From: Octopus bimaculoides
Taxonomy: Eukaryota
Assembly: GCF_001194135.2 (NCBI RefSeq)
Contig: NC_068983.1
Location: 15,453,323 to 15,517,322 of the forward strand
Reading direction: 5' to 3'
DNA: 64,000 nucleotides
The notes beneath the pieces were generated by a model that was given only the letters and a program-made list of their open reading frames with translations, ran no database searches and had not been told where the DNA came from. Positions 37,669 through 52,221 of the stretch are shown here, one piece after another (position 1 is the first letter of the stretch; every line of letters starts with the position of its first letter). The translations under genes were made by a program, and so were the position numbers.

Positions 37669-38183
37669 TCAGATACACAACTAACGGAACTTCCTCCCAT
37701 CAACGACCATAACAGGTTTAAGGAAATCAAATGTTGAGAAAAATGATTTCGTTAAGTCATTTACTTTTTATTGATATCTTCTAACACCTAGAACAGACTT
37801 AGTGCAATTTTATAGCCTCACTGTTGATATTGTTCAGAGGTATCTCGGCGCAACTTAGAAGTTGCAATGAGGCTGTTTAACGATCACCGTACTGATTAGC
37901 CAGCCTGAGGGTCATGCATCTTCCTAAAATAAGAACCAAAATTACTTAGTTTTTAGTTTTGATCCATTTAGCAAAACTCTTTTATCAAGAAACCGTCTAA
38001 TCGCGCCCTGTTCCAGTCGAACTGATGTGTCAGGCATATAAACATTTACCTCAAGCGTCGTTGGAGGGCGGCTAGAATAGCTTTTGGTGATGAATTGTTC
38101 TCTATGCAGAAATTGTGCATATCAGGAAAATGCTTTGCATGTCAATCCAATAATTCCTACATGAACTACACCTTGTTCTAGAC

Positions 38184-38371
38184 AAGTGATTCCCAACCGA
38201 TTTTTGGCCATACCCCACCGAATTATTTCTAAAATCCTGATGCATTCTTGTGATATTTAATTTTTATTATTCAAAATTTGGTTAATGTTTACAATATTAC
38301 CCGGAAACAAAATAAAAAAAGAAGTGTAGGGAACGAATATGAAAAAAAACAAAGAAAAGATTTTCCCACAT
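38184..38371. mobile_element. hAT (Charlie-like) MITE end running into a gap
   Basis: TTCTAGA|CAAGTGATTCCCAACC; a similar opposite-type end GGTTGGGAAACATTG|CTCTAGAC occurs at ~26637-26651. Confidence 0.45.
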
Positions 38372-39293
38372 NNNNNNNNNNNNNNNNNNNNNNNNNNNNN
38401 NNNNNNNNNNNNNNNNNNNNNNNNNNNNNNNNNNNNNNNNNNNNNNNNNNNNNNNNNNNNNNNNNNNNNNNNNNNNNNNNNNNNNNNNNNNNNNNNNNNN
38501 NNNNNNNNNNNNNNNNNNNNNNNNNNNNNNNNNNNNNNNNNNNNNNNNNNNNNNNNNNNNNNNNNNNNNNNNNNNNNNNNNNNNNNNNNNNNNNNNNNNN
38601 NNNNNNNNNNNNNNNNNNNNNNNNNNNNNNNNNNNNNNNNNNNNNNNNNNNNNNNNNNNNNNNNNNNNNNNNNNNNNNNNNNNNNNNNNNNNNNNNNNNN
38701 NNNNNNNNNNNNNNNNNNNNNNNNNNNNNNNNNNNNNNNNNNNNNNNNNNNNNNNNNNNNNNNNNNNNNNNNNNNNNNNNNNNNNNNNNNNNNNNNNNNN
38801 NNNNNNNNNNNNNNNNNNNNNNNNNNNNNNNNNNNNNNNNNNNNNNNNNNNNNNNNNNNNNNNNNNNNNNNNNNNNNNNNNNNNNNNNNNNNNNNNNNNN
38901 NNNNNNNNNNNNNNNNNNNNNNNNNNNNNNNNNNNNNNNNNNNNNNNNNNNNNNNNNNNNNNNNNNNNNNNNNNNNNNNNNNNNNNNNNNNNNNNNNNNN
39001 NNNNNNNNNNNNNNNNNNNNNNNNNNNNNNNNNNNNNNNNNNNNNNNNNNNNNNNNNNNNNNNNNNNNNNNNNNNNNNNNNNNNNNNNNNNNNNNNNNNN
39101 NNNNNNNNNNNNNNNNNNNNNNNNNNNNNNNNNNNNNNNNNNNNNNNNNNNNNNNNNNNNNNNNNNNNNNNNNNNNNNNNNNNNNNNNNNNNNNNNNNNN
39201 NNNNNNNNNNNNNNNNNNNNNNNNNNNNNNNNNNNNNNNNNNNNNNNNNNNNNNNNNNNNNNNNNNNNNNNNNNNNNNNNNNNNNNNNNNNNN

Positions 39294-39665
39294 CCGCTGA
39301 ATTGCCTCGAGTTCTGCTGTCCGTTTGACACTGTGTGGTGACCACAACTGAGAGCAATAGTCTAGGCGGCTCAGGACAAATGTCTTCCATAGAGTCAACA
39401 TGACTTTTTGATCCCTTGTACGGAATGTCCTAAGTATCCACCCCGCCAGCTGTCTGCACTTTGTATGCCAGTTGGGAGGCACTTGTGGCCTTGTAGCGCA
39501 GTACTTGAAATTTTTCCGCATTGAACTGCATATTATTTTGCTCTGCCCACTCATATATTGTATTTAGGTCATTCTGTAGGCTTACAATATCATCAGGATT
39601 CTTTATTGCCTGAGGTAGTTTTGTGTCATCAGCGTAGCTAGTGACAGTGGCTCTCCGAGTGACCG
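39294..39665 (-). mobile_element. CR1-like LINE reverse transcriptase fragment
   Basis: Minus strand VTSYADDTKL...LQNDLNTIYEWAE and AGWILRTFRTRDQKVMLTLWKTFVLSRLDYCSQLWSPH..ELEAIQR. Confidence 0.9.
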
Positions 39666-39666
39666 T

Positions 39667-40000
39667 GATATATATATATGAATATATATATATAAATATG
39701 AATATATAATATATATATTTATATAATATATATATAATATATATATATATATGAATATATGATATATATATATGAATATATATATATAAATATGAATATA
39801 TAATATATATATTTATATAATATATATATAATATATATATATATATGAATATATGATATATATATATGAATATATATATAAATATGAATATATAATATAT
39901 ATATTTATATAATATATATATAATATATATATATATATGAATATATGATATATATATATGAATATATAATATATATTATATATATATTATATATATTTAT
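39667..40000. repeat. AT-only higher-order tandem repeat, ~92-94 bp period, ~3.3 copies
   Basis: Unit starts at 39667, 39761, 39855, 39947. Confidence 0.85.
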
Positions 40001-40723
40001 ATTACTCTTTTACTCTTTTACTTGCTTCAGTCCTTTGACTGCAGCCATGCTGGAGCACCGCCTTTAGTCGAGCAAATCGACCCCAGGACTTATTCTTTGG
40101 AAGCCAAGTACTTATTCTATCGGTCTCTTTTGCTGAATAAAACTAGAATAATAAATAAAGTAAAAATAGGGATGACTGAGGAAAGATGAATATAGATAAA
40201 ATAAATTTATTGTTAATTTATAGTCAACTATAAATTGATATCAAAAGTAACAGCACAACTGATTAAAGGGAGATAACTATTGCTTTTGTCATTTCAGATC
40301 GTATTCTAAGAAGTTATATTAGCTGTCTTTTCGATCCACATCTTACTTGTTTTCATTATATGAAAATTAATCGACTTCAGTACTTAAGTGATACTTTATT
40401 TTATTGACCCCCAATAGGAAGAAGAATATAGTTTATACTGGAATTTGAACTCAGAACAGAAAAGAGCTCGAGCCTTAAGGAATTTTATTCTTAAGGAAAT
40501 TTATTCAGTTCTTTAACGATTCTGTTAGTCGAGTTTTAAAACAAATGCAGTGGGTACTTTATATTACATTTACTATACAAGGAAGGACTGCAACCAAGTA
40601 TTTTTTTTTAACGTCAGCTAGGCAGCCTTACTACTACTGCTGCGAAGCCGTTTTACCAACATTTGAATAAAGTTCATCTGTGAGAAAAACAAAACAAACT
40701 CGTCATATGAATTAAGCGCAATA

Positions 40724-41213
40724 CCGTAAATCCTCGAGTATAGTCCGCCCTTGAATATAATACGCAGGGGAATTTTAGGGGGCTGTACCTCTGAAAAACC
40801 TAAACCTTGTGTATAATACGCACCCCTTCTCTAACTTGAGTCAAGGAGGTCTATATAACATCCTTGGTTTGTAAACGTATATACGGTAACGTCCTTTATT
40901 ATTATTGTATATATAACATAATGCAAACGTGTAGCTTTTTTGTGCACTTTGTTTGCCGAAAATAAAGAAATAACAGTAATAACGTCAGTGAAAAATAAAT
41001 ATTAAGTAAATTGCCTTTACATATTTATCACTATCAGTTACAAGCCCGACATCACAAAATGCGTCCGAATAAACATTGCCGGACAGCAAAAGGAGACTCG
41101 GACATTGGTTAGAAAATATTTTTCATTTTTAACCTCGTATATAGTACGCACTAGGGATTTTGACTTTTAAATTTTTGGAAACAAAAATGCGGATTATACT
41201 CGAGGATTTATGG
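40724..41213. mobile_element. Tc1/mariner-pogo-type MITE, copy 2 (490 bp)
   Basis: Same TIRs and TA TSD as 15926-16411, same orientation. Confidence 0.92.
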
Positions 41214-42236
41214 TATGTATAATTAAAGTATGTAGACAGTTGATCGAAATGCAATTGATCGAAAAGAGTTGACCTAAAAAAATAAAAACAAACAAAACAA
41301 CACAAGAAGCAATTACCTGAAGTAACAGTTAAACGAATAGTAGGAAATATTGAAAGAATTTCATTTTAAGAAGTATATATAGTCCGTTTTATTGAAATGA
41401 TTTTTTAAAAATTAGAATTAAATATGGATTACACATATAGTGTGTGTGCTTTATGTTAACATTCAGTCAGGTAGATGTATGAATGATTAAAGACATTCTG
41501 TGGCCATCTCAGCTTTTCTGATGTGCGGGGACACAAGGACAATATTGTCAAACACGTGATCTTTTCAAAAGACGGGCGCGTGGTATTTGAGAGTGATTTA
41601 GCTACTTTTTCTAATAGGTTGGATGATCACATAGAGAGGCTTCCTTTGGCTCAGCTGAAGGGGACATGAAAAGAAGTGGTGGAGACTGAAGCTCTAAAAA
41701 GAGACGGCAAAAGATCGTAACAAGAAGCGAGACACAGTGTGGAAAAGACACATCAAACCCATGCATGCATGGAAAAATGGTCATACAATCATAATGATTA
41801 CGACGGACGATGATGATGATAATAATCTACAAGAATAATTCGTTTTAAAAACAATATTGATTTCTAACAAATACTATTTTCACCAAAGTATCGAAAGCAC
41901 AGTTATCTCCCTTACACTATTTAATCCGAATTGTGCACTGTTAACGCTAAGATTAAAATTTTTATCTTTATGACATACTTAACATATGAATGTTGTTGAA
42001 AAGTCTGAATCTACTCAGAAATATATATTATTTTTAACACACTACGTCTGTAAAGGAATATTTTCTGAGACGAACACAAAAGTCTCAGACTTTTTCAACG
42101 ATTATACATGTTACGCATGTCAAAAAGATAAAGATTTTGAAACTATTTAAAAAGAAAACAACACAAAAACTAAAACAATGCCTTACATTGCCAGAAGGAT
42201 GCACTAAGTTCTTATCAATGTAATACATACAAGTAA

Positions 42237-42447
42237 GGCAGCGAGTTGGCATAATAGCTAATAAACCGGACAAAATGCTTTGCGGTATTTCGTCCATCCT
42301 TACTTTCTGAGTTCAAATCCGCCGAAATCGACTTTGTCTTTCATCCTTTGGGTGTCGATAAAATAAGTACCAGTTGAGCACTGGAGTCGATGTAATCAAC
42401 TTACCCCTTTCCTGAAACTTGCTGGCTTTGTGCCAAAGTTTGAAACC
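42237..42447 (+). mobile_element. SINE family D; other copies 45421-45632(+), 46815-47030(+), 61425-61530(-)
   Basis: GGC.GCGAGTTGGCA...TTCTGAGTTCAAAT.CCGCCGA..TCGACTTTG.CTTTCATCCTTT.GG.GTCGATAAAATAAGTACCAGTTGAGCACTGG. Confidence 0.8.
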
Positions 42448-42455
42448 AATATAAT

Positions 42456-43092
42456 CAGTGGCGGCTCGTAGATAAGATTAGTAGGAATGCTGCTTCAGGA
42501 AATTTTTAACCGTTTAATATTGTGTAAAAGGAAACAAACATATAAAAAGGAAATTCATACATAAACTTGATCGGTTCTCGCTTTAGCCACTGTCGGGTAG
42601 TGTGTTTAATTTGTTCACTGAACACCGCCGCGAATTCCCCCTTGTTTTTTCAAAAATCCCCCCATAATCATAAAATAAAGGGGGGGGGGGGAATCTGCCC
42701 TATTTTTCAAATCCTGGCAGCAACAGGAAGTAGGATAATAATCTAATTCTACTCTTTATCACATTCAAGAATATAAACACGTCTTTAAGCACAACACACG
42801 CGGAGTCAAAAGGAAACACAACTTTTCACCAGCACACAAGAGTCGGCACTGCGTGAACGAGTGCTCTCTCTTCCTAGCCTGAAGCTTCCTATCTCGGATA
42901 TGTGAGCATGCGCATGACAGCCAAACACTGTGGCGCAGGAACTGTGAAGCGCACAGATCTATACAAGGATTTTTGTATTTTTTTCATGACATTAAGCTTA
43001 AGGATTATATAATGTACAGTATAAAGAAAGAATTAAAGAAAAAAGGACTCATTATATTGAATGTTATCGATAATATCAAGTGGAAATAGGGG
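42456..43092. mobile_element. Truncated second copy of the CAGTGGCGGCTCGT MITE (inverted relative to 59985-60643)
   Basis: Colinear match over ~640 bp, starting at TIR CAGTGGCGGCTCGTAG and ending at GGAAATAGGGGG. Confidence 0.9.
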
Positions 43093-43149
43093 GTACTATA
43101 TAATACGTACACATATTATAGAGGTAGGTGATTGTTGAAATACGTTGGT

Positions 43150-43790
43150 GTCTGGAGATATAAATCAAAGCCTGATTTGTTGCCAAAAATGCGTATGGTC
43201 GCGCATCGTCATGGCGAATGTGAATCGTTTTCAGGTTATTGTTCGGTCTTTTTCTCCTAATGGCTTCTATAAGCCTTTTCAGTGTTTTAATGTGCTGCTC
43301 GCCGTTGACTTTCTAGAAAATCAAGGATAACGATGCCTTTGTCATCCTAAAACACTCAGCATGACTTACTGGGCTGGTCGCTAGTTCTCGAACTTCTTAG
43401 GCATTGGAAAAGAAACGTACCGTCATTCTATGAACTGAACCTTCGCTTCCGGAACATAAAGATACGCCCTCGTTTCCTCCAACCTTGTTTCACTCGACAG
43501 GGGGAAACTAGTACCTTCATTAGCTTCAAACGCTCTCAGAGAAAACTTTCACCCTTCTCGCCCTCAATAGGATGTCAACTGTCGATGCACTCACCTTGTA
43601 CTCGTTTTCTTATGCCCCAAATCTTCCTCCGTACTCTGCAATGCATTGTAACCACAGTGCAGTTGTGCAGCAAGCTCACAGATCTTGAGATCAACTCAAC
43701 CACTTGTCATATCAACCATTATTCATATCACTGGTTGCAGTTGATGGTCTCCCACCGCGTGGTTTGTCTTCGATGCTGTTTTTCTTTCCC
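43150..43790 (-). mobile_element. Heavily decayed mariner transposase
   Basis: Minus-strand remnants EDKPRGGRPSTATS, VHRQLT, YLYVPEAK, PKKF, KVMLSVL.DDKGIVILDFLE; many frameshifts. Confidence 0.7.
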
Positions 43791-43971
43791 TTAAATTTTT
43801 TTGTCCCACTTTTGCATTACTTTCGGTACAACACACGCGTGCACGTGTGTGTATATGTATGTATATACACATATATATGTATGTACGTATATATATCTGA
43901 ATGGATATATATGTATATATATTTATGCATTTGTATGTATGTATGTATGTATGTATGTATGTATGTATATT

Positions 43972-44249
43972 TATTCTTTTACTTGTTTCAGTTATTTGAC
44001 TGCGGCCATGCTGGAGCACCGCCTTTAGTCGAGCAAATCGACCCCAGGACTTATTCTTTGTAAGCCTAGTACTTATTCTATCGGTCTCTTTTGCCGAACC
44101 GCTAAGTTACGGGGATGTAAACACACCAGCATCGGTTGTCAAGCGATGTTGGGGGGACAAACACAAACACACACACATACATACATATATATGTATATAC
44201 ATATATGCAACGGGCTTCTTTCAGTTTCCGTCTATCAAATCCACTCACA
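43972..44249 (-). mobile_element. SINE family E with head and tail joined by an internal (TA/TG) microsatellite; 5' end in the gap
   Basis: The tail seen at 23616 is contiguous, via ACAC/ATAT repeats, with the reverse complement of the head seen at 4485. Confidence 0.85.
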
Positions 44250-45851
44250 NNNNNNNNNNNNNNNNNNNNNNNNNNNNNNNNNNNNNNNNNNNNNNNNNNN
44301 NNNNNNNNNNNNNNNNNNNNNNNNNNNNNNNNNNNNNNNNNNNNNNNNNNNNNNNNNNNNNNNNNNNNNNNNNNNNNNNNNNNNNNNNNNNNNNNNNNNN
44401 NNNNNNNNNNNNNNNNNNNNNNNNNNNNNNNNNNNNNNNNNNNNNNNNNNNNNNNNNNNNNNNNNNNNNNNNNNNNNNNNNNNNNNNNNNNNNNNNNNNN
44501 NNNNNNNNNNNNNNNNNNNNNNNNNNNNNNNNNNNNNNNNNNNNNNNNNNNNNNNNNNNNNNNNNNNNNNNNNNNNNNNNNNNNNNNNNNNNNNNNNNNN
44601 NNNNNNNNNNNNNNNNNNNNNNNNNNNNNNNNNNNNNNNNNNNNNNNNNNNNNNNNNNNNNNNNNNNNNNNNNNNNNNNNNNNNNNNNNNNNNNNNNNNN
44701 NNNNNNNNNNNNNNNNNNNNNNNNNNNNNNNNNNNNNNNNNNNNTATATATATATATATATATATATATAGTCAATTCAAACATGAACAAGCAAGAAAAA
44801 ACACGAAAAAACAACGCGAGAACGTGGAATAAGTACAGTGTTATTGGACGCTCAGGAAAGGAAAGAAAAGAAAGAGGATCTAACGTTTCGAGCGGAGCTC
44901 TTCGTTAGAAATATAAGAAAAGTCCATGGCTCCGGGTTCAGTCTTATTGCGTGGCACCTTAGGCAAGTGTCTTCTGGTGCGTGGATTTGGTAGACGTGCG
45001 TACGTATGTACGTACGTATGTATGTATGTATGTATGTATGTATGTATGTATGTATGTTCCACCAGATAAACTGCTCAACACCACCGTCATTGTTTTGATA
45101 TCCAAGAAAGGGAAACACAAATATAAACGCATCAAAGCGATGGCGGTGGTGTTGAGCAATTTATCTTGTGGAGCTATGGGAGGCGATTAAGATCACGTGT
45201 GATTAGAAGTTCGCATTCTGTTATCGGCACTGCGGTATTTATCTATGACTTAAAAGCATTTAAGTGTCAACGACCCAATCTAGGTGGCTGTGAATAGGTA
45301 TCACACGGTGATGTCATATGCTGCGACATATTTGTTGAATTGAAGTGTTAAGAGTTATGTGTTTCATTACCTTACAGTGCCAAGTTCGATTTGAATTAGA
45401 TTTTAATAATATATACTGCTAAAGGTGGTGAGATGGCAGAACTGTTATCACGCCAGGCAAAATGCTAAGCGGCATTTCATTCGTTCTGAGTTCAAATCCA
45501 ACCGAGGTCGACTTTGCCTTTCATCCTTTCGGAATCGATAATATAAGTACCAGTAGAGTGCTGGGGGTCGATCTAATCGACTGGCTTCCTCCCTTAAAAT
45601 TTTAGGCCTTGTGCCTATAGTAGAAAGGATTATTTTTAGTTATATATGCATATCTACCAGGCACTGCTTACCTAGCTTACTCAGACGACAGGTCCCTGGT
45701 ACAAACACAAACACACCCACGCACACACATATTCACGCACATTGAAATATTTACATACACAAACACACGCGCGCACGCTTACGTACGTACGTACGTACGT
45801 ACATACATACATACATACGTACGTACATACATACATACATACATACATACA

Positions 45852-46240
45852 TTGTTGTTGTTGGCACTCCGTCGCTCACGACGTCGAGGGTTCCAGTTGA
45901 TCCGATCAACGGAACAGCCTGCTCGTGAAATTAGCGTGCAAGTGGCTGAGCACTCCACAGACACGTGTACCCTTAACGTAGTTCTCGGGGATATTCAGCG
46001 TGACACAGTGTGACAAGGCTGACCCTTAAAATTACAGGCACAGGGGAAACAGGGAGTAAGAGTGAGAGAAAGTTGTGGTGGAAGAGTACAGCTGGGTTCG
46101 CCACCATCCCCTGCCGGAGCCTCGTGGAGCTTTAGGTGTTTTTGCTCAATAAACACTCACAATGCCCAGTCTGAGAATCGAAACCGCGATCCTATGACCG
46201 CAAGTCCGCTGCCCCAACCACTGGGCCATTGCGCCTCCAC
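45852..46240 (-). mobile_element. SINE family A, full length, within (ACAT)n/(ACGT)n repeats
   Basis: Complete reverse complement of the family. Confidence 0.93.
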
Positions 46241-46246
46241 ACACAC

Positions 46247-46277
<31 letters not shown>

Positions 46278-47389
46278 CATACATACATACATACACGCGC
46301 GCGCGTGTGTATGTGTGTAAGTCTAAAAAAAAAGACTTTAAATCTTATCTGGCAAATCAAGAATTTCTCCAAATTTGCTGCCAGTTGAAATAGTCCTCTT
46401 ATTGGTGCATCTTGTTTAAGTCATCAGTTTCATAATTGGAAAATGTCAAAGCTATTAACGTGTTGTTTTCATCATAGTTTGTAAAGGGTGTTACTCAGAA
46501 ATTAAGAAAAGTTTTTGACTCGACGCCAGTTTTAAAGGAAATGCTTGCTTGAATCAGTCATCCGTCTTGCGTAAAATAACAGAATGGAATTCCACAAACG
46601 ACGGTATTAAATTAATAATTACTTCAATATTGCAACAGCCACATATTTCTCTGATGCCACTGATGTTTCATTCTTGACAGACAAGCTCATAATTTATTTA
46701 CTTCAAATCCAATGACAACTTGAGCAGACCCTTATATGCTACTGGTACCATTTAAAGTAGTTATTTAAGGCGTCGAACCGACAGAGTCGTTAATGGCTTG
46801 CGATATTTGTTCTAAGGCGGCAAGCTGACAGAAACATTAGCACGCCGGACAAAATGTTTTGCGGCATTTCGTCCGTACTTACGTTCTGAGTACTGATTCT
46901 GCCGAGGCTGACTTTTCTTTCATCCTTTAGGGGTCGATAAAATAAATATCAGTTGAACACTGGGGTTAATGTAATCGACTCAACCCCTCTTCCATTCCTG
47001 CTGGCCTTGTGCCAAAATTTCGAAACCAATATTTGTTTAGACTTTCTGCACACAGAGCTCAGACTTAGTTGAGGTCGACAATGCCGTACTTTCTGGAATC
47101 GATAAAAAAAAAAAAATGTACCAGCCCAGAGTAGTGGATCGGTAGAATTGTTAATATATGTCGCGGACGGGATTCCTTGCCAGCAATATCACTGATGCCA
47201 AGCTGTCTCGGATTTTACCATTCCTTTAGACAACGTCGGTGGCGTGGAAAGAGGAAACTTGCATGTATGAGCAGTGACTGATTTGCTGCAACGGACCTTG
47301 CACAGATCTGAATCTTGGAGAAGGTGTTTCATGGTGAGAATCCGAAACCACATGGTTGTAAACTACACAGTCATGCCTGTGCCTACATA

Positions 47390-47436
<47 letters not shown>

Positions 47437-47604
47437 TATATATATATTAAATTCAAATTACGATGAACGTAAACAAACAAACGAAGTTTGCTTTAGAAGC
47501 GTTGAGATGTCTTAGAAAGTTAAAGAAGTGATTTTAAATTCTCAAACGCTGGATAATGCTAATAATATAGCCCGAACAGGATAAACTACCCCTATTTTGC
47601 AGAA

Positions 47605-47676
47605 AAAAGTGTTAGCGGCCGGCTATGAGACGCGAACTCACACCACCGTGATTACGCGTCGCGGTGCTCTGAACCA
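47605..47676 (-). pseudogene. tRNA-like fragment (possibly Thr-CGT derived) lacking the 5' acceptor/D strand
   Basis: Minus strand TGGTTCAGAGCA, imperfect anticodon arm with loop CGCGTAA, T arm GTGAG-TTCGCGT-CTCAT, then a T-run; 5' end replaced by (TA)n. Confidence 0.4.
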
Positions 47677-48667
47677 TTATATATATATAATACAAATAAT
47701 ATATGAGTATATGCATATATACGTACATGTATGTACATACCTACATCTACATATATATATAGATGCATATCTGGGTACAGGACGTTGCCAAAAAAACGTG
47801 GACAAAATGATAAACAGAGTACAGAAAACACACAGGCCACACAGAGAACATTTCATTCATCAGCTGCCACCATTCTAAAACTAAGCGTTTCGAAGAGATA
47901 GAAAGAGAGAGATAGAGATAGAGAGAGGAGGGAAATGGATGGGTGGATAGATAGATTGATAGAGAAAGCAAGCAGGAGAGAGAATGTGGGAAAAAAGGAG
48001 AAAAATAGAATTCGGAATGAATTTCGCTAGCCGAGAAACAATTGTGAAAAATTATTACTTCTTCAAACCAGCTGATTTATATTGCTACAAAAGAAACTTT
48101 CTCCAACTCGTAGGAACACATTGATTACAATTTGAAATAAACGTCTGCTATGATACTTTCTAAAACTTCGCGTTCCTTCAGTTTAAACCAACATGATGAT
48201 CCATCATTTCCTTTGCCTGCAGATGGAGTGGCTGATAAATATTTTGAGTAAGAGAAAAAACAAAATTTCGGCAGAAATTTAATGTCTGTCTGCAGGTAAT
48301 AAATTTACTTGAAAACTTGGCACACCTCCAAATTTTGGTGTATGTCGTATGCTATCTTACGAATAACAGTGTTCCCTGGCTCTTAACGTAGCATTAGTTT
48401 GAAATTATTGCTAACCTAAAGAGAATGTCATTGAAGGGTAATCATTTAATATTATTTTTACGTTCAACAACAGAAAACCAGAGACATGTTCACTTGACTG
48501 AAAGTATTATCGCTAGAATTAATCATAATTTCAAAAATCTGTATTTTCGTCAGATTTTAGGATCTCCAACTAATATTCATATTATGTTTAAGTGGTAAAA
48601 AGACAGCAGTATTCATTACATTATTCTCTTTATTGTTGTTATTGTTTAGCTTATTGTTTAGATATCC

Positions 48668-48923
48668 GGCAGGGGATGGTGGCGAACCCTGCTGTACTCT
48701 TCCACCGCAACTTTCTCTCACTCTTACTTCCTGTTTCTGCTGTGCCTGTAATTCAAAGGGTCAGCCTTGTCACACTGTGTCACGCTGAATATCCCCGAGA
48801 ACTACATTAAGGGTACACGTGTCTGTGGAGTACTCAGCCACTTGCACGTTAATTTCACGAGCAGGCTGTTCCGTTGATCGGATCAACTGGAACCCTCGAC
48901 GTCGTAAGCGACGGAGTGCCAAC
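48668..48923 (+). mobile_element. SINE family A, 5'-truncated
   Basis: CCGGCAGGGGATGGTGGCGAACCC...CGACGGAGTGCCAAC. Confidence 0.9.
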
Positions 48924-49169
48924 ACATTGTTTAGATTACCATCCAGCTCAACCAATAACCGAGAAGATCTATTATCAAAAGCGTTCTATCCAGGACATCT
49001 CAATTTCTTAAATGGATTATCTAGGAATGACATTTATATAAGAGACTGAAGGTATTTCCCAAGCAAATTTTGAAAATGATCCTTCCATTTTTCTAAGCAT
49101 TCCCGATGATTTTTAGCTTTAATTTTTGACTTGGAGTTTTTACGTTCGCTTATTTCGTTCATTGTCAGC

Positions 49170-49580
49170 CCTTTTATATGGATCAGCCGCCTGGATACTT
49201 ACCAAAAATTGGAGTCCAAGCTAGACGGAACTTACACACTAATGATAAGAGCAGTCTTAAACATATCTTGGAGAACACATCTCACCAAGAAACAGTTGTA
49301 TGGAGATCTCCTGTCTGTTCCCACCATTAGAAAAAGAAAGGCACTTATGCTTTGGGGGTCATTGCTAGCAAGCTAAGAAAGAGCTGACAAGTGAACTACT
49401 GCTTTGGATGTCAGAGCAAGGCCATATTCGAGCTGATCGTCCGAACACAACGCATATAGACCAACTCACCAGAAACACTGGATGCCTCCCGAAGACCTTC
49501 TTCAACTAATGCAGGACCGTGAGGGATGGCGTGTACGGGTTAAAAATGTCCGAGCAGGCTCGACCAGATGATGATGATCT
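49170..49580 (+). mobile_element. Decayed RTE-like LINE 3' end with (GAT)n tail
   Basis: SALLYGSAAWILTK, KLESKLDGTYTLMIRAVLNISWRTHLTKKQLYGDL, and DQL..TG..EDL..LMQDREGWR remnants. Confidence 0.8.
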
Positions 49581-51598
49581 AAGAATATATTATCCGATCT
49601 GTGATTTGACGGAAATTTGGTTGCTATTTGAAGTAGACCGAGGGACCACTCAGAAGCGTTTTTGTTGGCTGTTATTTAGTTCAAGTGCGGTGGAGTGGCG
49701 GAATCGGTAGAGCATCGAGTTCAAATTTTCGTATCATTTAGTCACATCCTTTTGCTCTCTGAGTTCAAATCTCCCCGATGTTAACTTTACTTCCCATCTC
49801 TCCGGGGCCAATTATATAAGGGCCAGTTACGTACTGAGGACGATATAATCAATTGCTTTCTCATCTAAATTGCTAATGAGGGAGCCTCTTGTAGGTCGTT
49901 CGACCTGCTAGAAACAGCAACCAAATTTTCTTTAAATCTGTCTTTAAAATGAACACGTTGGATAATGTGCTTCTGTGTTCCTTACGCATAGAAAAAAAGA
50001 CGGGATGATCACTGATGGTATGTCTTTAATCATAGGTATGTTCGATCAGATTTGAAATGGGGTTAATGGAGTTAATCAGCACCAGCAAAAACAATTATAA
50101 CCAAAATTTGTGGCCATATGCCAAAGCTAAAAATGTTTTTCTTTAGTTTTCTCCAAAGCCATCTGCTGATAAACATTAGTTCAAACTATGTTAGGTTTCT
50201 CTATCTGGCAGCTGATACTAATTAGCTCATTAATTTAGAATTAATTAATCATTCAGTGACTTTATAAACATCACAGGAATAGGTTGGAAATGTAAAGTCA
50301 GTGGAGAATTTGCTACACAGGCTACTGTGTGATAAGTCTGTGATTATACAGAGCTCAGTACTTGTACTTTATTTTATCGACTCAGGAAGGGTAACGGGCA
50401 AAGTCGACGTGATTTGAATTCAGGGAACCGAAACGAATATTGCAAAATATTTTATTCACCACTTTAACCATTCTGGCAATCTATACCAAGCCTCGATTAC
50501 CTCCTTTATAATATCTGACATTGGTTCAAGGTCAGGCGTTTTTGAGGTAGAGAACGGCCGACTGTACAGACCTTAGTACGCGACTAGGATGCTTTATAGA
50601 AATATTGTAAGGATATCGACCTTAGAAGGATGAAAGGAAAATATCCTCGGCGGGGTATGAGCATAAAGGCACGAAGTTAAATACCTTAATGCTTAAACAA
50701 CAACAACAACAACAGCAGCAGCAGCAACAAGAAATCATGGAGATTGCCAGCCCTAACAACTACAGAGTCGTGAAAAGAAATCGCTTTGCCCCTTATTGCT
50801 AGTAGCTTACCAAGAAATTCAAGAGCTGCCTTTTTTCAACCATAACCAGTGGAGATGATGAGAGTCGCCCAGTCACCCAAAGCAACAGCAATAACAACAG
50901 AAATTATATCAAGAAGCCTCTCCTCTTCCCATCCACTTATAAAGAGGGGAACTAAACGGAGGCCAAACAAGGCCGGCAGACTCTCTCTCTCTCTCTCTTT
51001 CTCTGTCTGTCTGTCTCTGTCTCTGTCTCTCTCTCCCTCTCAAAATGGAAGATGATTCTCTAATTGAAAAATGATTTCAAAAGTGCAAAGAGTATACCTC
51101 CTATGAAGCGGAGACGCTCTCCGGTAAAATGTCTGTCTCTTATGAAAAAGAGCTCATCTTTCGGGAATAGGAGAAACCCGTCTCTTCTATGAAGCGTAAT
51201 CAGTCTCTTATGCGAATGAAATGAAATTTCTTAGCCACTCGAAAGGATCACACAGACGTAAAAGAACACTTATATGAAATACACAAGAGCAGTGGGACTG
51301 AACCTAGAACCATGCGGTTGGTAAGCAAGCTACTTACCACACAGCCACTCCTGTGCCTATGCTTACCACACAGCCAAAGTTCAATTTGAATTGTAAAATC
51401 TTCAATCTCCCACCAAATTTTTTTTACTGAGGGATTCTTCATTTCCAGGATATATTTCCCTGGTATCCACGCATCATCTATGATAGACATCCCAAATTCT
51501 TTTCAATCACCAGAGTAACTTGCGACTTATGAAAGAAAAGGAAGCTTTATATTATTCGGAACGTATGAAGTGAAAATGCTTTGAACAGGCAAAAGATT

Positions 51599-52220
<622 letters not shown>

Positions 52221-52221
52221 T

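Noticed and set aside
50689-50802. Short ORF MLKQ(11)EIMEIASPNNYRVVKRNRFAPYC
   Set aside because: Under 40 codons, largely a CAA/CAG repeat, no splice or promoter support; the RFAPY resemblance is not enough
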